Source: Nitrospirota bacterium (GTDB lineage: Bacteria; Nitrospirota; UBA9217). From it: a stretch of 64,000 nucleotides of DNA. Positions 26,387 through 36,814 of the stretch are shown here, piece by piece. A program made the translations under genes and the position numbers. A model generated the notes under the pieces. That model was not told the origin of the DNA, searched no databases, and saw only the letters and a program-made list of their open reading frames with translations. The DNA lies in the NCBI GenBank assembly GCA_963790205.1, contig CAWBNQ010000011.1, positions 123,304 through 187,303 on the forward strand. Direction: 5' to 3'. Positions within the stretch are counted from its first letter, which is position 1, and each line of letters begins with the position of its first letter.

Positions 26387-27948
26387 GGGGGAAGATCAAA
26401 CTGAAAATACGACGTATAGCGTTTGCAACTGTCTTCATCCTGGCCCTTACGATCGCTCGGTTTCATCTTGTATATGCGGAAGTGCCGGCGCAGGCGGATC
26501 AAAATACGACGGTCCCTGAGCAAAAGGCTGAAGAGCCGGCGCTGACGGACCGGAATGCAGCGGTTCCAGCGCAGAAGGCTGAGGCGCCGGCGCAGACGAA
26601 CCAGAAAACTCCGGCCCCGGAACAGAAGGCGGAAGGACCGGCACAGTCAATTCAAAATACGGCAGTCCCTGAGCAGTCGGAAAAGAGTGATCGTTCGGGT
26701 GAAGGCATGATCGCCAAGGATGAGATGCTGACGTTGAGCCGCTGTATCGAGATCGCACTCAAGAAAAACCCGACTATCGTTGCCGCGGTGAATACGGTGG
26801 GCGTCAATCGGAGCAGGGTGGGCGAAGCGCGTTCGGCCTATTACCCGCAGATCAGCGCCACGGGGGCTTACAGCAGGTCTAAATCCGTTACCGTACCGCA
26901 GGTCAATCCGTTCGCGGCAACTGCACCGGTCAATGAATCTTCCGGCACGGTTACACTTAACCAGAACATATATGATTTCGGCAGGACGTCGTCGTCGGTC
27001 GGCATCTCGAAGTATAATCTGGAGTCCTCCCGGTCAGACCTTTCTACAACGGAGGATGTCGCGATCCTGAGCGTAAAACAGGCGTATTACGGAGTGCTCC
27101 AAGCCAGGAGGAACCGGGACGTGGCAGCAGACGTCATAAAACAGTTTCAATTGCACCTGGACCAGGCGCAGGGTTTTTACGCCGTCGGCACGAATGCGAA
27201 AATCGATGTGATCAAGGCTGAAGTGGACCTGAGCAACGCGAAGCTCAGTCTCATCAATGCCGAGAATGCGCTTAAAATAGCATGGGTGACCCTGAACAAT
27301 GTCATGGGGGTCCCTGACGCGCCTGAGTACTCCATTGAGGATAACCTCTCATTCCAGAAGTATCCGATAACCCTGGAGGAAGCGACGGCGAAGGCGTTTG
27401 AGAACAGGCCGGACCTCAAGTCGATCGTCGCCAAAAGGCAGGCCGCAGAAGCGAATATCAGTTTGCAAAGATCAGGTTATTATCCCTTTTTATCGGGGAA
27501 CGCAAATTACACCAAGTCCGAATCAACGGTGGATATAGAACCCAGGACATCGAGCAATACCAATTCCTGGGATGTGGGTGTGGCACTTACCTTTCCCTTG
27601 TTCAATGGATTTTTAACCAGTCATCAGGTGGCCGAGGCAAAGTCCTCCTTCTACGTTCTTAAAGCGACTGAAGAAACGGTACGGCAGCAGATACTGCTCG
27701 ATGTCCGCCAGGCGTACTTGAACCTGCAGGCGGCGGAGGCCAGCATAGCGACCTCCGAACTTGCATCCAAGCAGGCCAAAGAGAACCTGGATCTTGCAAA
27801 CGGCAGATACTCGGCCGGAGTGGGAAGCCCTATCGAGGTTTCCGATGCGTTCGCCACGTATGTCACCGCCCAGGCGAACTATACGAGCGCGCTGGCTAAT
27901 TACAAAATCGCCCAGGCGAGTATTGAAAAGGCGATGGGTGCACGGTAG
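26383..27948 (+). CDS. TolC-family outer membrane efflux channel
   Basis: LTLSRCIEIALKKNP, ARSAYYP, NRPDL, LTFPLFNG, RYSAGVG; two OEP halves. Confidence 0.9.
   Translation: MRGKIKLKIRRIAFATVFILALTIARFHLVYAEVPAQADQNTTVPEQKAEEPALTDRNAAVPAQKAEAPAQTNQKTPAPEQKAEGPAQSIQNTAVPEQSEKSDRSGEGMIAKDEMLTLSRCIEIALKKNPTIVAAVNTVGVNRSRVGEARSAYYPQISATGAYSRSKSVTVPQVNPFAATAPVNESSGTVTLNQNIYDFGRTSSSVGISKYNLESSRSDLSTTEDVAILSVKQAYYGVLQARRNRDVAADVIKQFQLHLDQAQGFYAVGTNAKIDVIKAEVDLSNAKLSLINAENALKIAWVTLNNVMGVPDAPEYSIEDNLSFQKYPITLEEATAKAFENRPDLKSIVAKRQAAEANISLQRSGYYPFLSGNANYTKSESTVDIEPRTSSNTNSWDVGVALTFPLFNGFLTSHQVAEAKSSFYVLKATEETVRQQILLDVRQAYLNLQAAEASIATSELASKQAKENLDLANGRYSAGVGSPIEVSDAFATYVTAQANYTSALANYKIAQASIEKAMGAR
26485..26688 (+). 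repeat. Four degenerate 51-bp (17-aa) coding repeats in the TolC N-terminus
   Basis: PAQADQNTTVPEQKAEE / PALTDRNAAVPAQKAEA / PAQTNQKTPAPEQKAEG / PAQSIQNTAVPEQSEKS. Confidence 0.85.
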
Positions 27949-28056
27949 TATAAAAATAAATTTGTCGGCAAAAGTGTTATAATATTTTTGCTTAAAAAGC
28001 ATATGAGCTTGAGAAAACATGATTTAAAAATGAACAACGAAAGGCTTACAAGAGAC

Positions 28057-29217
28057 ATGAAGTTCAGACCATTAAGCGGCATAGGCATATATGTAATCGT
28101 TGTTTTACTGCTCTCCCTTTTCATCAGCGCCTGCAATGACAGCAAGGCTAAACAGACGGGACAACGAGTTGTGCCGGTGAAAATAGGGGATGTGACGCAA
28201 CAAAACATACCCTTGCAGATCAATGCCATCGGCAATGTAGAAGCCTATAATACCGTTTCAGTGAAAGCCATGGTCGGCGGAGAAGTGACTGGAGTGCATT
28301 TTAAAGAAGGCCAGGACGTCAAGCAGGGAAGCCTGCTCTTCCAGATAGATCCTCGTCCCTACGATGCCGCGCTCAAGCAGGCCGAAGCACAGCTGGCACG
28401 GGACGTGGCGCAGGCAAAAAATGCCGAAGATCAGGCCAAGCGGTACGAAATCCTGGTCCAAAAAGACTACGTCTCCAGGGACCAATACGACCAGCTTCGC
28501 GCCAACGCCGATGCTTTGGCGGCCGCTGTCCAGGCGGACAAGGCCAATGTCGAGAACAGCCGTCTTCAACTGGCCTATTGCACCATCAGGTCGCCTATCG
28601 ACGGCCGCGTCGGAAGCGTTCTTATCAACAAGGGCAACGTAATTAAGGCAAACGATCTGGTGATGGTAACCATCAACAAGATAACGCCTATCTATGTGAC
28701 CTTTTCCATACCGGAACAGAACCTTTCAGATATAAAAAAGTATATGGCAGCAGGGTCACTGAAGGTGGAGGCCGTCGTTCCTGGAGACGAGAAACGACCG
28801 GCGCAAGGAGTGCTTACGTTTGTCAATAATGCGGTGGACACAACTACGGGGACCATCCAGCTCAAGGGCACGTTCGAGAACAGGGACAAGAGGCTCTGGC
28901 CCGGACAGTTCGTTAATGTGATAGTAACGCTCACGATCCAAAGGAACGCCGTGGTCATGCCGTCCGCGGCCTTGCAGACAGGACAACAAGGACAGTATGT
29001 CTTTGTTGTCAAACCAGACTTTACGGTCGAGTCCCGGCCCGTGACGGTCGCGCGGACGTTCGGCGACCTCTCCGTCGTCGCACAAGGGGTGAAGTCAGGA
29101 GAAAAAGTGGTGACCGACGGCCAGCTGCAGCTGATTCCCGGAACGCGAGTAGAACTTAAGGGAGACCAGATGCAACAAGAGGGAAATGACAAATTCCAAA
29201 CGCCCGATCACAAATAA
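28057..29217 (+). CDS. RND periplasmic adaptor (MdtA-like)
   Basis: Lipobox ISAC, FKEGQDVKQG.LLFQIDP, IRSPIDGRVG, VDTTTGTI, LWPGQFV. Start position uncertain. Confidence 0.9.
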   Translation: MKFRPLSGIGIYVIVVLLLSLFISACNDSKAKQTGQRVVPVKIGDVTQQNIPLQINAIGNVEAYNTVSVKAMVGGEVTGVHFKEGQDVKQGSLLFQIDPRPYDAALKQAEAQLARDVAQAKNAEDQAKRYEILVQKDYVSRDQYDQLRANADALAAAVQADKANVENSRLQLAYCTIRSPIDGRVGSVLINKGNVIKANDLVMVTINKITPIYVTFSIPEQNLSDIKKYMAAGSLKVEAVVPGDEKRPAQGVLTFVNNAVDTTTGTIQLKGTFENRDKRLWPGQFVNVIVTLTIQRNAVVMPSAALQTGQQGQYVFVVKPDFTVESRPVTVARTFGDLSVVAQGVKSGEKVVTDGQLQLIPGTRVELKGDQMQQEGNDKFQTPDHK

Positions 29218-29316
29218 ATGCGTAATGTCGATGAATCAATGATTAAATATTCGATCAGCGGCGTACTGCATTTATTTGATTTTTGATGCGTAAGAATTGG
29301 AGCTTGAACTAAGACT

Positions 29317-32300
29317 ATGAACTTAGCGGAACCCTTCATACGCAGGCCGGTCATGACGACGCTGGTCATGTCTGCGATTCTGCTGTTCGGTATCATGGCA
29401 TACCGGCTGCTTCCGGTGAGCGATCTGCCGAACGTCGATTTCCCGACCATCCTGGTGAACGCAAGTCTTCCCGGAGGGAGCCCGGAGACCATGGCCTCGG
29501 CAGTGGCGACGCCGCTGGAGCAGCAGTTCTCGACCATAGCAGGCCTCGACAACATGACGTCCACGAGCGCGCTCGGGTCGACTCAGATAACGCTCCAGTT
29601 CAACCTGAGCCGGAACATCGACGGCGCGGCCCAGGATGTCCAAGCCATGATCGCAAAGGCCGCGCCTCTTCTTCCCCCGGACATGCCGACTCCGCCGACC
29701 TATCAAAAGGTCAACCCAGCGGATCAGCCGATTCTCTATCTCGCGATTAATTCTCCGACGCTCCAGCTTTCGGCCGTGGACGAATACGCCGAGACGACGA
29801 TGTCCCAGCGGATATCGATGATAAGCGGCGTGGCCCAGGTGCAGGTGTTCGGTTCCCAGAAGTACGCCGTGCGCGCCCAGCTCGACCCGCGCGCTCTTGC
29901 TTCACGCGGCATAGGGATCGATGATGTATCGAAAGCGGTCGCGAGCGGGAACGTGAATCTGCCCACGGGGACCCTGCAGGGTTCCTCGAAGTCATTTACC
30001 ATATTAGCGAGCGGACAGCTCATGGATGCGGCGGCCTACCGTCCTCTCATCGTGGCGTACCGCAACGGCAATCCCGTCAGGCTCCAGGAACTCGGCAGGG
30101 TAATTGACAGCGTGGAGAACGACAAGATCGCGAGTTGGTTCAACACGAGCACCAGGAGCACAAGGGCCGTGATTCTGGCGATCCAGCGTCAGCCCGGCAC
30201 CAATACCGTTGAAGTGGTCGACTCCATCAAGAAACTTCTGCCGACGTTCCGGTCAGAGATGCCGGCATCGGTGAATCTCGACGTCCTCTACGACCGGTCG
30301 CTGTCCATCAGGGATTCGGTGAATGACGTGAAGTTCACGCTGGGACTGGCAATCGTCCTCGTCGTGCTCGTCATCTTCCTGTTTTTGCGCAATCTCTCGG
30401 CAACGATCATCCCGAGCCTGGCGCTCCCCATGTCGATTATCGGCACATTCACGGTGATGTTCCTGCTCGGTTACAGCGTGGACAACCTTTCTCTCATGGC
30501 CATGATTCTCGCTGTCGGATTCGTGGTCGACGACGCCATTGTGATGCTCGAAAACATCGTGCGCCATATGGAGCAGGGAGAACCGGTGCTTCAGGCATCT
30601 CTCAACGGATCGAAAGAGATCGGTTTTACCATCCTTTCCATGACGTTCTCGCTGGTCGCGGTCTTTATCCCCGTGCTCTTCATGGGCGGAATTCTCGGCC
30701 GGCTGCTGCATGAATTCGCCGTGGTGATCAGCGTGGCCATCCTCGTGTCGGGAGTCGTGTCGCTTACGCTTACACCCATGCTCAGCAGCCGGTTTCTCCG
30801 GCCTCATGGCAAGGAACGACACGGCAGGCTTTATATGGCCCTGGAACATTTTTTCGACAATATGCTGAACAGCTACGAAACCAGCCTGCAGTGGGTGCTC
30901 GGACACCGCAGGATGATGCTTATCATCACCGCCGCGCTTTTCTTCGTGACGATTATCCTTTTTTACCTCATCCCAAAAGGATTTCTTCCTACCGAGGACA
31001 CGGGCCAGATCTTCGCCTTTACCGAGGCGCAGCAGGGAATTTCCTTTGACGACATGGCGAAACACCAGAAGGAGCTCATGGCAATCGTGGCCAAGGACCC
31101 GAACATTGACGAGTTCATGTCGAGCATCGGAGCCGGGGGGCCGAATGCAGCCGCCAACACCGGACGCATGTTCATCAGACTGAAGCCCCGTTCGGAACGC
31201 AAGCTCTCCGCCGACGAGATCATCCAGGAACTGCGGAAAAAAACGGCCGGCGTCATAGGCATCGGGATGTTCATGCAGAACCTGCCTCCCATCCGCATCG
31301 GCGGCACGCTCACCAAGAGCCAGTATCAGTACACGCTTCAGAGCCCGGATACGAACGAGCTGTATAAGGCCGCTCCCGCACTGGAAGCGAAGCTGCGCGC
31401 CATCCCGCAACTCCAGGATGTGACCAGCGATCTGCAGATCAAGAACCCGCAGGTGAGCCTTGACATAGACCGCGACAAGGCGGCTGCCCTGGGCGTCACG
31501 GCCCAGCAGATCGAAAACGCGCTCAGCACTGCTTATAGCACGCTCCAGGTATCGAACATCCTTGCGCCCACGAACCAGTACAAGGTCATCATGGAACTGT
31601 TACCCCAGTATCAGACGGATCCGTCCGCGCTCGCCATGCTGTATATCCGTTCGTCTTCGGGGGCTCTCGTGCCGCTTACGGTGGTTACCAAACCTTCCGT
31701 GGGCACGGGCCCGCTCCTCATCAACCACCTCGGCCAGCTCCCTGCCGTGACCCTTTCCTTTAACCTGAGGCCGGGCGTTTCGCTCAGCGAGGCCGTTGCC
31801 GCTGTTGACAAAGCCTCCAAGGCGACGCTGCCGGCTTCGATCACAACCAGTTTCCAGGGGACGGCGCAGGCATTCCAGTCGTCCACGCAGGGACTGTTCC
31901 TCCTCCTGATTTTGGCCGTCCTGGTCATCTACATCGTGCTCGGCATCCTGTATGAGAGCTTCATCCATCCGCTTACGATACTCTCCGGATTGCCTGCCGC
32001 AGGCGTGGGGGCGCTTGTGACGCTCCTCCTTTTCGGAAAGGAACTCAATATTTACGGTTATGTGGGGGTCATCATGCTCATAGGGATCGTGAAAAAGAAC
32101 GCCATCATGATGATCGACTTCGCGCTCGAGGCCGAACGCAAACACGGTAAAAGTCCCCAGGACGCAATCTACGAAGGGGCGGTCGTCCGTTTTCGCCCCA
32201 TTATGATGACCACCATGTCGGCCTTGATGGGGACACTCCCGATCGCGATCGGGTTCGGCGCCGGCGCCGAAGCGCGTCGGCCGCTGGGTCTTGCAGTGGT

Positions 32301-32460
32301 CGGGGGCCTGGTCTTTTCTCAATTGCTGACCCTCTATATTACGCCGGTTATCTATATATACCTGGATACGTTCCAGCAGAGATTCGGCAAACTTGCTCTT
32401 TTCCGCACCAGAGAGGAACAGGGGCCTAAGTCTCAGGAAAGAACACGTCCAGCACTATAG
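29317..32460 (+). CDS. RND efflux permease (MdtB/C-like)
   Basis: FIRRPVMTTL, VATPLE, KVNPAD, VVDDAIVMLEN, GIVKKNAIMM, RFRPIMMTT. Confidence 0.95.
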   Translation: MNLAEPFIRRPVMTTLVMSAILLFGIMAYRLLPVSDLPNVDFPTILVNASLPGGSPETMASAVATPLEQQFSTIAGLDNMTSTSALGSTQITLQFNLSRNIDGAAQDVQAMIAKAAPLLPPDMPTPPTYQKVNPADQPILYLAINSPTLQLSAVDEYAETTMSQRISMISGVAQVQVFGSQKYAVRAQLDPRALASRGIGIDDVSKAVASGNVNLPTGTLQGSSKSFTILASGQLMDAAAYRPLIVAYRNGNPVRLQELGRVIDSVENDKIASWFNTSTRSTRAVILAIQRQPGTNTVEVVDSIKKLLPTFRSEMPASVNLDVLYDRSLSIRDSVNDVKFTLGLAIVLVVLVIFLFLRNLSATIIPSLALPMSIIGTFTVMFLLGYSVDNLSLMAMILAVGFVVDDAIVMLENIVRHMEQGEPVLQASLNGSKEIGFTILSMTFSLVAVFIPVLFMGGILGRLLHEFAVVISVAILVSGVVSLTLTPMLSSRFLRPHGKERHGRLYMALEHFFDNMLNSYETSLQWVLGHRRMMLIITAALFFVTIILFYLIPKGFLPTEDTGQIFAFTEAQQGISFDDMAKHQKELMAIVAKDPNIDEFMSSIGAGGPNAAANTGRMFIRLKPRSERKLSADEIIQELRKKTAGVIGIGMFMQNLPPIRIGGTLTKSQYQYTLQSPDTNELYKAAPALEAKLRAIPQLQDVTSDLQIKNPQVSLDIDRDKAAALGVTAQQIENALSTAYSTLQVSNILAPTNQYKVIMELLPQYQTDPSALAMLYIRSSSGALVPLTVVTKPSVGTGPLLINHLGQLPAVTLSFNLRPGVSLSEAVAAVDKASKATLPASITTSFQGTAQAFQSSTQGLFLLLILAVLVIYIVLGILYESFIHPLTILSGLPAAGVGALVTLLLFGKELNIYGYVGVIMLIGIVKKNAIMMIDFALEAERKHGKSPQDAIYEGAVVRFRPIMMTTMSALMGTLPIAIGFGAGAEARRPLGLAVVGGLVFSQLLTLYITPVIYIYLDTFQQRFGKLALFRTREEQGPKSQERTRPAL

Positions 32461-32481
32461 TAATATCATAAAGGAACTCAT

Positions 32482-33653
32482 ATGACAGGTCAGATAGCGA
32501 ACGTTCATCGCAGTGTTTTCATTGTTACTATTTTCACGGCGCTGCTCATGTTCGGCTGTAAAGGTGATAGCCCTTCCTATAGGACCGACCCGGTCACGCG
32601 CGGCGATATCCAGCAGACGGTGACGGCGACGGGCACGGTCAACGCGGTGACGACGGTCCAGGTCGGCACTCAGGTCTCGGGGACGATAAAAACTCTCTAT
32701 GTGGATTTTAATTCCCGCGTGAAAAAGGGGAAGCTCATCGCCCAGATCGACCCCTCGACCTTCGAGTCCCAGGTGCAGCAGGCGCAGGCGAATCTGCTCT
32801 CGGCCCAGGCAAACCTTGAAAAGGCGCAGACTGCGCTCGCGAATGATAAAAAGACCTTTGACCGGAACAAGGAACTGTTGTCAAAAAATCTCATTGCCCA
32901 GAGCGACCTGGACACGGCGGAGACGAACTACCAGTCCGACAAGGCCCAGGTGGCCTCGGCCAAGGCGCTGATCGAGCAGGCAAAGGCTTCGCTCGATTAC
33001 GCCAGGCAGAACCTTGCCTACACGAGGATCGTCTCTCCGGTCGACGGTGTCGTGATCTCCCGGAATGTTGACGTGGGCCAGACCGTGGCCGCGAGCTTCC
33101 AGACGCCGACGCTCTTTACGATCGCCCAGGACCTTACCAAGATGCAGATCGACACGAACGTGGCCGAGTCGGACATCGGCGTGGTGAAGCTCGGGCAGGA
33201 GGTGGACTTCACCGTTGACGCCTATCCCGATACCACGTTCAAGGGAAAAGTCTGGCAGATCAGGCAGGCCCCCATAACCGTGCAGAACGTCGTCACCTAC
33301 GACGTCGTGATCCAGGTAAACAATCGGGATTTAAAGCTCATGCCGGGCATGACCGCCAATGTCTCCATCGTCATACAGACGAGACATGACGTGCTCAGGA
33401 TCACGAATGCGGCGCTCCGGTTCCGCTTCTCCGACAAGCCAGCCGGCGCGGGCGGCTGCGGGCGAGAAGAAGGGGCCGTCCGTCTGGGTCCTCGAAAACA
33501 ACAAGCCGAAACGCGTCGGCATCACGCCGGGAATCAGCGACGGAAACGTATACTGAGGTCGTATCAGGTGATCTGAAAGAAGGACAGCAGGTGATCGTAG
33601 AAGCTCTGCAAAAAGGCAAAGGACGCAGCGACCTCGGTCCGAGGATGTTCTAA
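32482..33653 (+). CDS. MacA-type periplasmic adaptor, with frameshifts near 33450 and 33548
   Basis: VGTQVSG, VDVGQTVAASFQTPTLF, VQNVVTY, PGMTA. The C-terminus continues in other frames (KGPSVWVL...GISDG, TEVVSGDLKEG...PRMF*). Confidence 0.8.
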
Positions 33654-33654
33654 C

Positions 33655-34376
33655 ATGGCGCTTATCGAGGCACGGGACATCACCAAGGTCTATCAGTCTC
33701 GGCGATATCGACCTGCGAAGCGTTGATCGGCATATCCACGACCATCGAGAAAGGCGAATTCGTCGCCATCATGGGGCCGTCGGGCTCGGGCAAGTCCACG
33801 TTCATGAATATTCTGGGCTGTCTCGACACCGCCGACCGGAGGCGTACTATCTTCTTGACGGAGTTGATATCGGGCAGGCTTTCCCGCGACGAACTTGCCG
33901 AGATCGGAATAAAAAGCTCGGCTTCGTGTTCCAGGGGTTCAATCTTCTTTCACGGACTTCGGCCATTGAGAACGTCGAACTTCCCATGCTGTATGACGGC
34001 CATCCGGCGCAGGGAACGTCGCGAACGGGCGCTGGCGGCGCTCAAGAGCGTCGGGCTCGAGGGCAGGGAAGACCATCATCCGAACCAGCTTTCCGGAGGG
34101 CAGCAGCAGCGGGTCGCCATCGCCCGGGCGCTCGTGAACGAGGCCCCCATCATCCTGGCGGACGAGCCCACGGGCAACCTCGACACGAAAACGAGTGTCG
34201 AGATCATGGAGCTCTTTGTGAAACTGAACCGTGAATCGGGCATTACGGTCATCCTCGTGACCCATGAGCCGGATATCGCGACGTACAGCAAGCGGATCAT
34301 AAAATTCCTCGACGGCCGTATCGTGAGCGATGAGTCCGGAGAAGACAAAAATATCGATCGATTCATAAAAAGTTGA
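33655..34376 (+). CDS. MacB/LolD-type ABC ATPase with several frameshifts (about 33695-34015)
   Basis: MALIEARDITKVYQ, GPSGSGKST, FVFQGFNLL (other frame), LSGGQQQRVAIA, ADEPTGNLD, VTHE. Confidence 0.8.
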
Positions 34377-34389
34377 AAAATTAACCGGC

Positions 34390-35619
34390 ATGATCAACAT
34401 ACCTTCCACCATAAAAATATCGTTCCGGGCGCTCTGGGTGAATAAGATGCGTTCCTCCCTCACCATGCTCGGCATCATCATCGGCGTGGGCGCCGTGATC
34501 GCCATGGTCGCCGTGGGCACCGGCGCTAGCCAGAAGATTGCCGCGCAGATCTCGAGCATGGGGAGTAACCTTCTTATTATTCTGCCCGGATCGACGACGT
34601 CTGGCGGCGTCAGGATGGGCGCAGGCTCGCAACCCACGCTGTCCCTGTTCGATGCTGAAGCCATTGTCAAGGAATGTCCTTCCGTGGCGGATGACGCCCC
34701 CATGCTGGGCGGCGTGGCGCAGATCGTGGCCGGTCACATGAACTGGTCCACCGGCGTGAACGGCACGACGCCGGGTTATCTGAACGTGAGGGACTGGGAC
34801 CTCTCTTCCGGCAGGTCATTCACGCAGCAGGACGTAAAAAGCGCGACCAAGGTGGCCTTGCTCGGCCAGACCGTTGTGGATAATCTTTTCGGGGACCAGA
34901 ACCCCGTGGGGCAGACCATCAGGATCAAGAATGTTCCCTTTACCGTGATCGGGGTGCTGGCTCCCAAGGGCCAGTCCGCGCAGGGCACGGACCAGGACGA
35001 TACGGTCCTCATTCCGGTCACAACGTCCCAGAAGAAACTTTTCGGGACCCAGTTCCCCGGCATGGTCCGGATCATTTTGGTCAAGGCAAAAAGCGCCCAG
35101 GATCTTGCTCCTGCCGAGCAGCAGATAGACGAGCTTTTAAGGCAACGGCACCACGTGGGCCAGAAACAGGATAACGACTTTACAGTCAGAAATCTCACCC
35201 AGATCATGCAGGCCGCGGAACAGTCCTCGAAAGTGATGACCCTGCTCCTGGGGGCCATCGCTTCCGTATCGCTCCTGGTCGGCGGGATCGGGATCATGAA
35301 CATCATGCTGGTGAGTGTAACCGAGCGCACCCGCGAGATAGGCATCCGCATGGCCATTGGCGCAAAAACCTGGGACATCCGGCTCCAGTTCATCATCGAG
35401 GCGCTCACGCTCTCTCTGATCGGCGGGGTCATGGGTATCATCATCGGCGTGTCCACGGCTGTGATCCTCTCGTCCGTCTCGGGCTGGCCCACTGTCGTAT
35501 CGATCCTCTCCATTCTATTGGCATTCAGTTTTTCGGGATTCATCGGCATATTCTTCGGATTTTATCCTGCCTACAAGGCCTCGCTTTTGAACCCCATCGA
35601 TGCCCTGCGATACGAATAG
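34390..35619 (+). CDS. MacB-type ABC permease
   Basis: RSSLTMLGIIIGV, VGGIGIMNIMLVSVTERTREIGIRMAIGA, PIDALRYE. Confidence 0.95.
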   Translation: MINIPSTIKISFRALWVNKMRSSLTMLGIIIGVGAVIAMVAVGTGASQKIAAQISSMGSNLLIILPGSTTSGGVRMGAGSQPTLSLFDAEAIVKECPSVADDAPMLGGVAQIVAGHMNWSTGVNGTTPGYLNVRDWDLSSGRSFTQQDVKSATKVALLGQTVVDNLFGDQNPVGQTIRIKNVPFTVIGVLAPKGQSAQGTDQDDTVLIPVTTSQKKLFGTQFPGMVRIILVKAKSAQDLAPAEQQIDELLRQRHHVGQKQDNDFTVRNLTQIMQAAEQSSKVMTLLLGAIASVSLLVGGIGIMNIMLVSVTERTREIGIRMAIGAKTWDIRLQFIIEALTLSLIGGVMGIIIGVSTAVILSSVSGWPTVVSILSILLAFSFSGFIGIFFGFYPAYKASLLNPIDALRYE

Positions 35620-35689
35620 ACCATGCATTAATCGAGAAACGTCATTGTCTCTAAAAACGAATAATATTATCGAAGGAGAAGTACAAGGT

Positions 35690-36814
35690 ATGGAAGCGCG
35701 CAATAGTTCAGAACAGGATTCAAGATTTAACCGTCGCGGTCCGGCTGCAACCTGGGGCATCAGGGCGGTCATTGCCGTCCTGGTCCTCGCGGGTGGCGTC
35801 TATACGGCGCACAAGGTGTCTTATTCGCTGTCTCACGAAAGCACGGACGATGCTTTCGTAGACGGCGTTGTTGTGCCGATCAGCTCCGAGGTCAAGGGCA
35901 GGGTGATGAAGGTCCTGGTGACGGACAACCAGATCGTCAAAGCAGGCGATACGCTTCTCGAGATAGCGCCTGATGATTATACTAATATGGTGCAGGCGCG
36001 TCAAGACGCCACAGCGCGCCTGACCGCGGAACAGCAGGAGACCCATGCTTTGATCAAGGTAAAAACCATGTCTCTTGCCCGCGCCCGCGCCGAGCTCGAA
36101 GCAGCGCAAACGGACGCCGCCCTGGCGGAAAAGGAACTGAAACGGAGCACCGAACTGCGGAACAAGGAGGTCATTTCCCAGAGCCAGTACGACCAGGCGG
36201 AATCCCGGTGCAGGGCCATGGCCGCACGCAGGAACTCGGCGACCGCGTCCGTGGCAGAGATCGAAGCGGCAATCGAGGCGTTGAAGGCCCAGCTCACGAC
36301 CCAGAACTATAGGATCAAGGAGTCGGGGACAGCCCTGGACCTCGCCCGGATCGACCTCAAGCGGACGGTAATCACCGCGCCGGTGGACGGAAGAGTCGCC
36401 AAAAAGAACGTGGAGGAAGGCAAGTACGTTCAGCCGGGCCTCCCGCTCCTTTCGATCGTTGATGACCGCGCCTTGTGGGTCGTGGCAAATTTTAAGGAAA
36501 CACAGATCGCCCATATGAGGCCCGGCCAGGACGTTGAAATCACGGTCGACGCCTATCCCGGGGCAACGTTTGCCGGCCACGTGGACAGTTTCCAACCCGG
36601 CACGGGCGCGGTATTCAGCCTCCTGCCGCCCCAGAACGCAACGGGTAATTTCGTAAAAGTTGTTCAGCGCGTTCCTGTCAAGATCCTCATCGACTCGAAG
36701 CCCGATCCTGCCCATCCTTTCTGGCCCGGGCTCTCGGTCGATCCGTCGGTTGCGATACAAGGAGAGGCGAAACAACAGCGCGTGGCGGGTGATGCACATG
36801 GCGAAGTCAGATAA
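35690..36814 (+). CDS. EmrA/HlyD-family adaptor
   Basis: ESTDDAF, WVVANFKETQI, FSLLPPQNATGNFVKVVQRVPVKI. Confidence 0.9.
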   Translation: MEARNSSEQDSRFNRRGPAATWGIRAVIAVLVLAGGVYTAHKVSYSLSHESTDDAFVDGVVVPISSEVKGRVMKVLVTDNQIVKAGDTLLEIAPDDYTNMVQARQDATARLTAEQQETHALIKVKTMSLARARAELEAAQTDAALAEKELKRSTELRNKEVISQSQYDQAESRCRAMAARRNSATASVAEIEAAIEALKAQLTTQNYRIKESGTALDLARIDLKRTVITAPVDGRVAKKNVEEGKYVQPGLPLLSIVDDRALWVVANFKETQIAHMRPGQDVEITVDAYPGATFAGHVDSFQPGTGAVFSLLPPQNATGNFVKVVQRVPVKILIDSKPDPAHPFWPGLSVDPSVAIQGEAKQQRVAGDAHGEVR

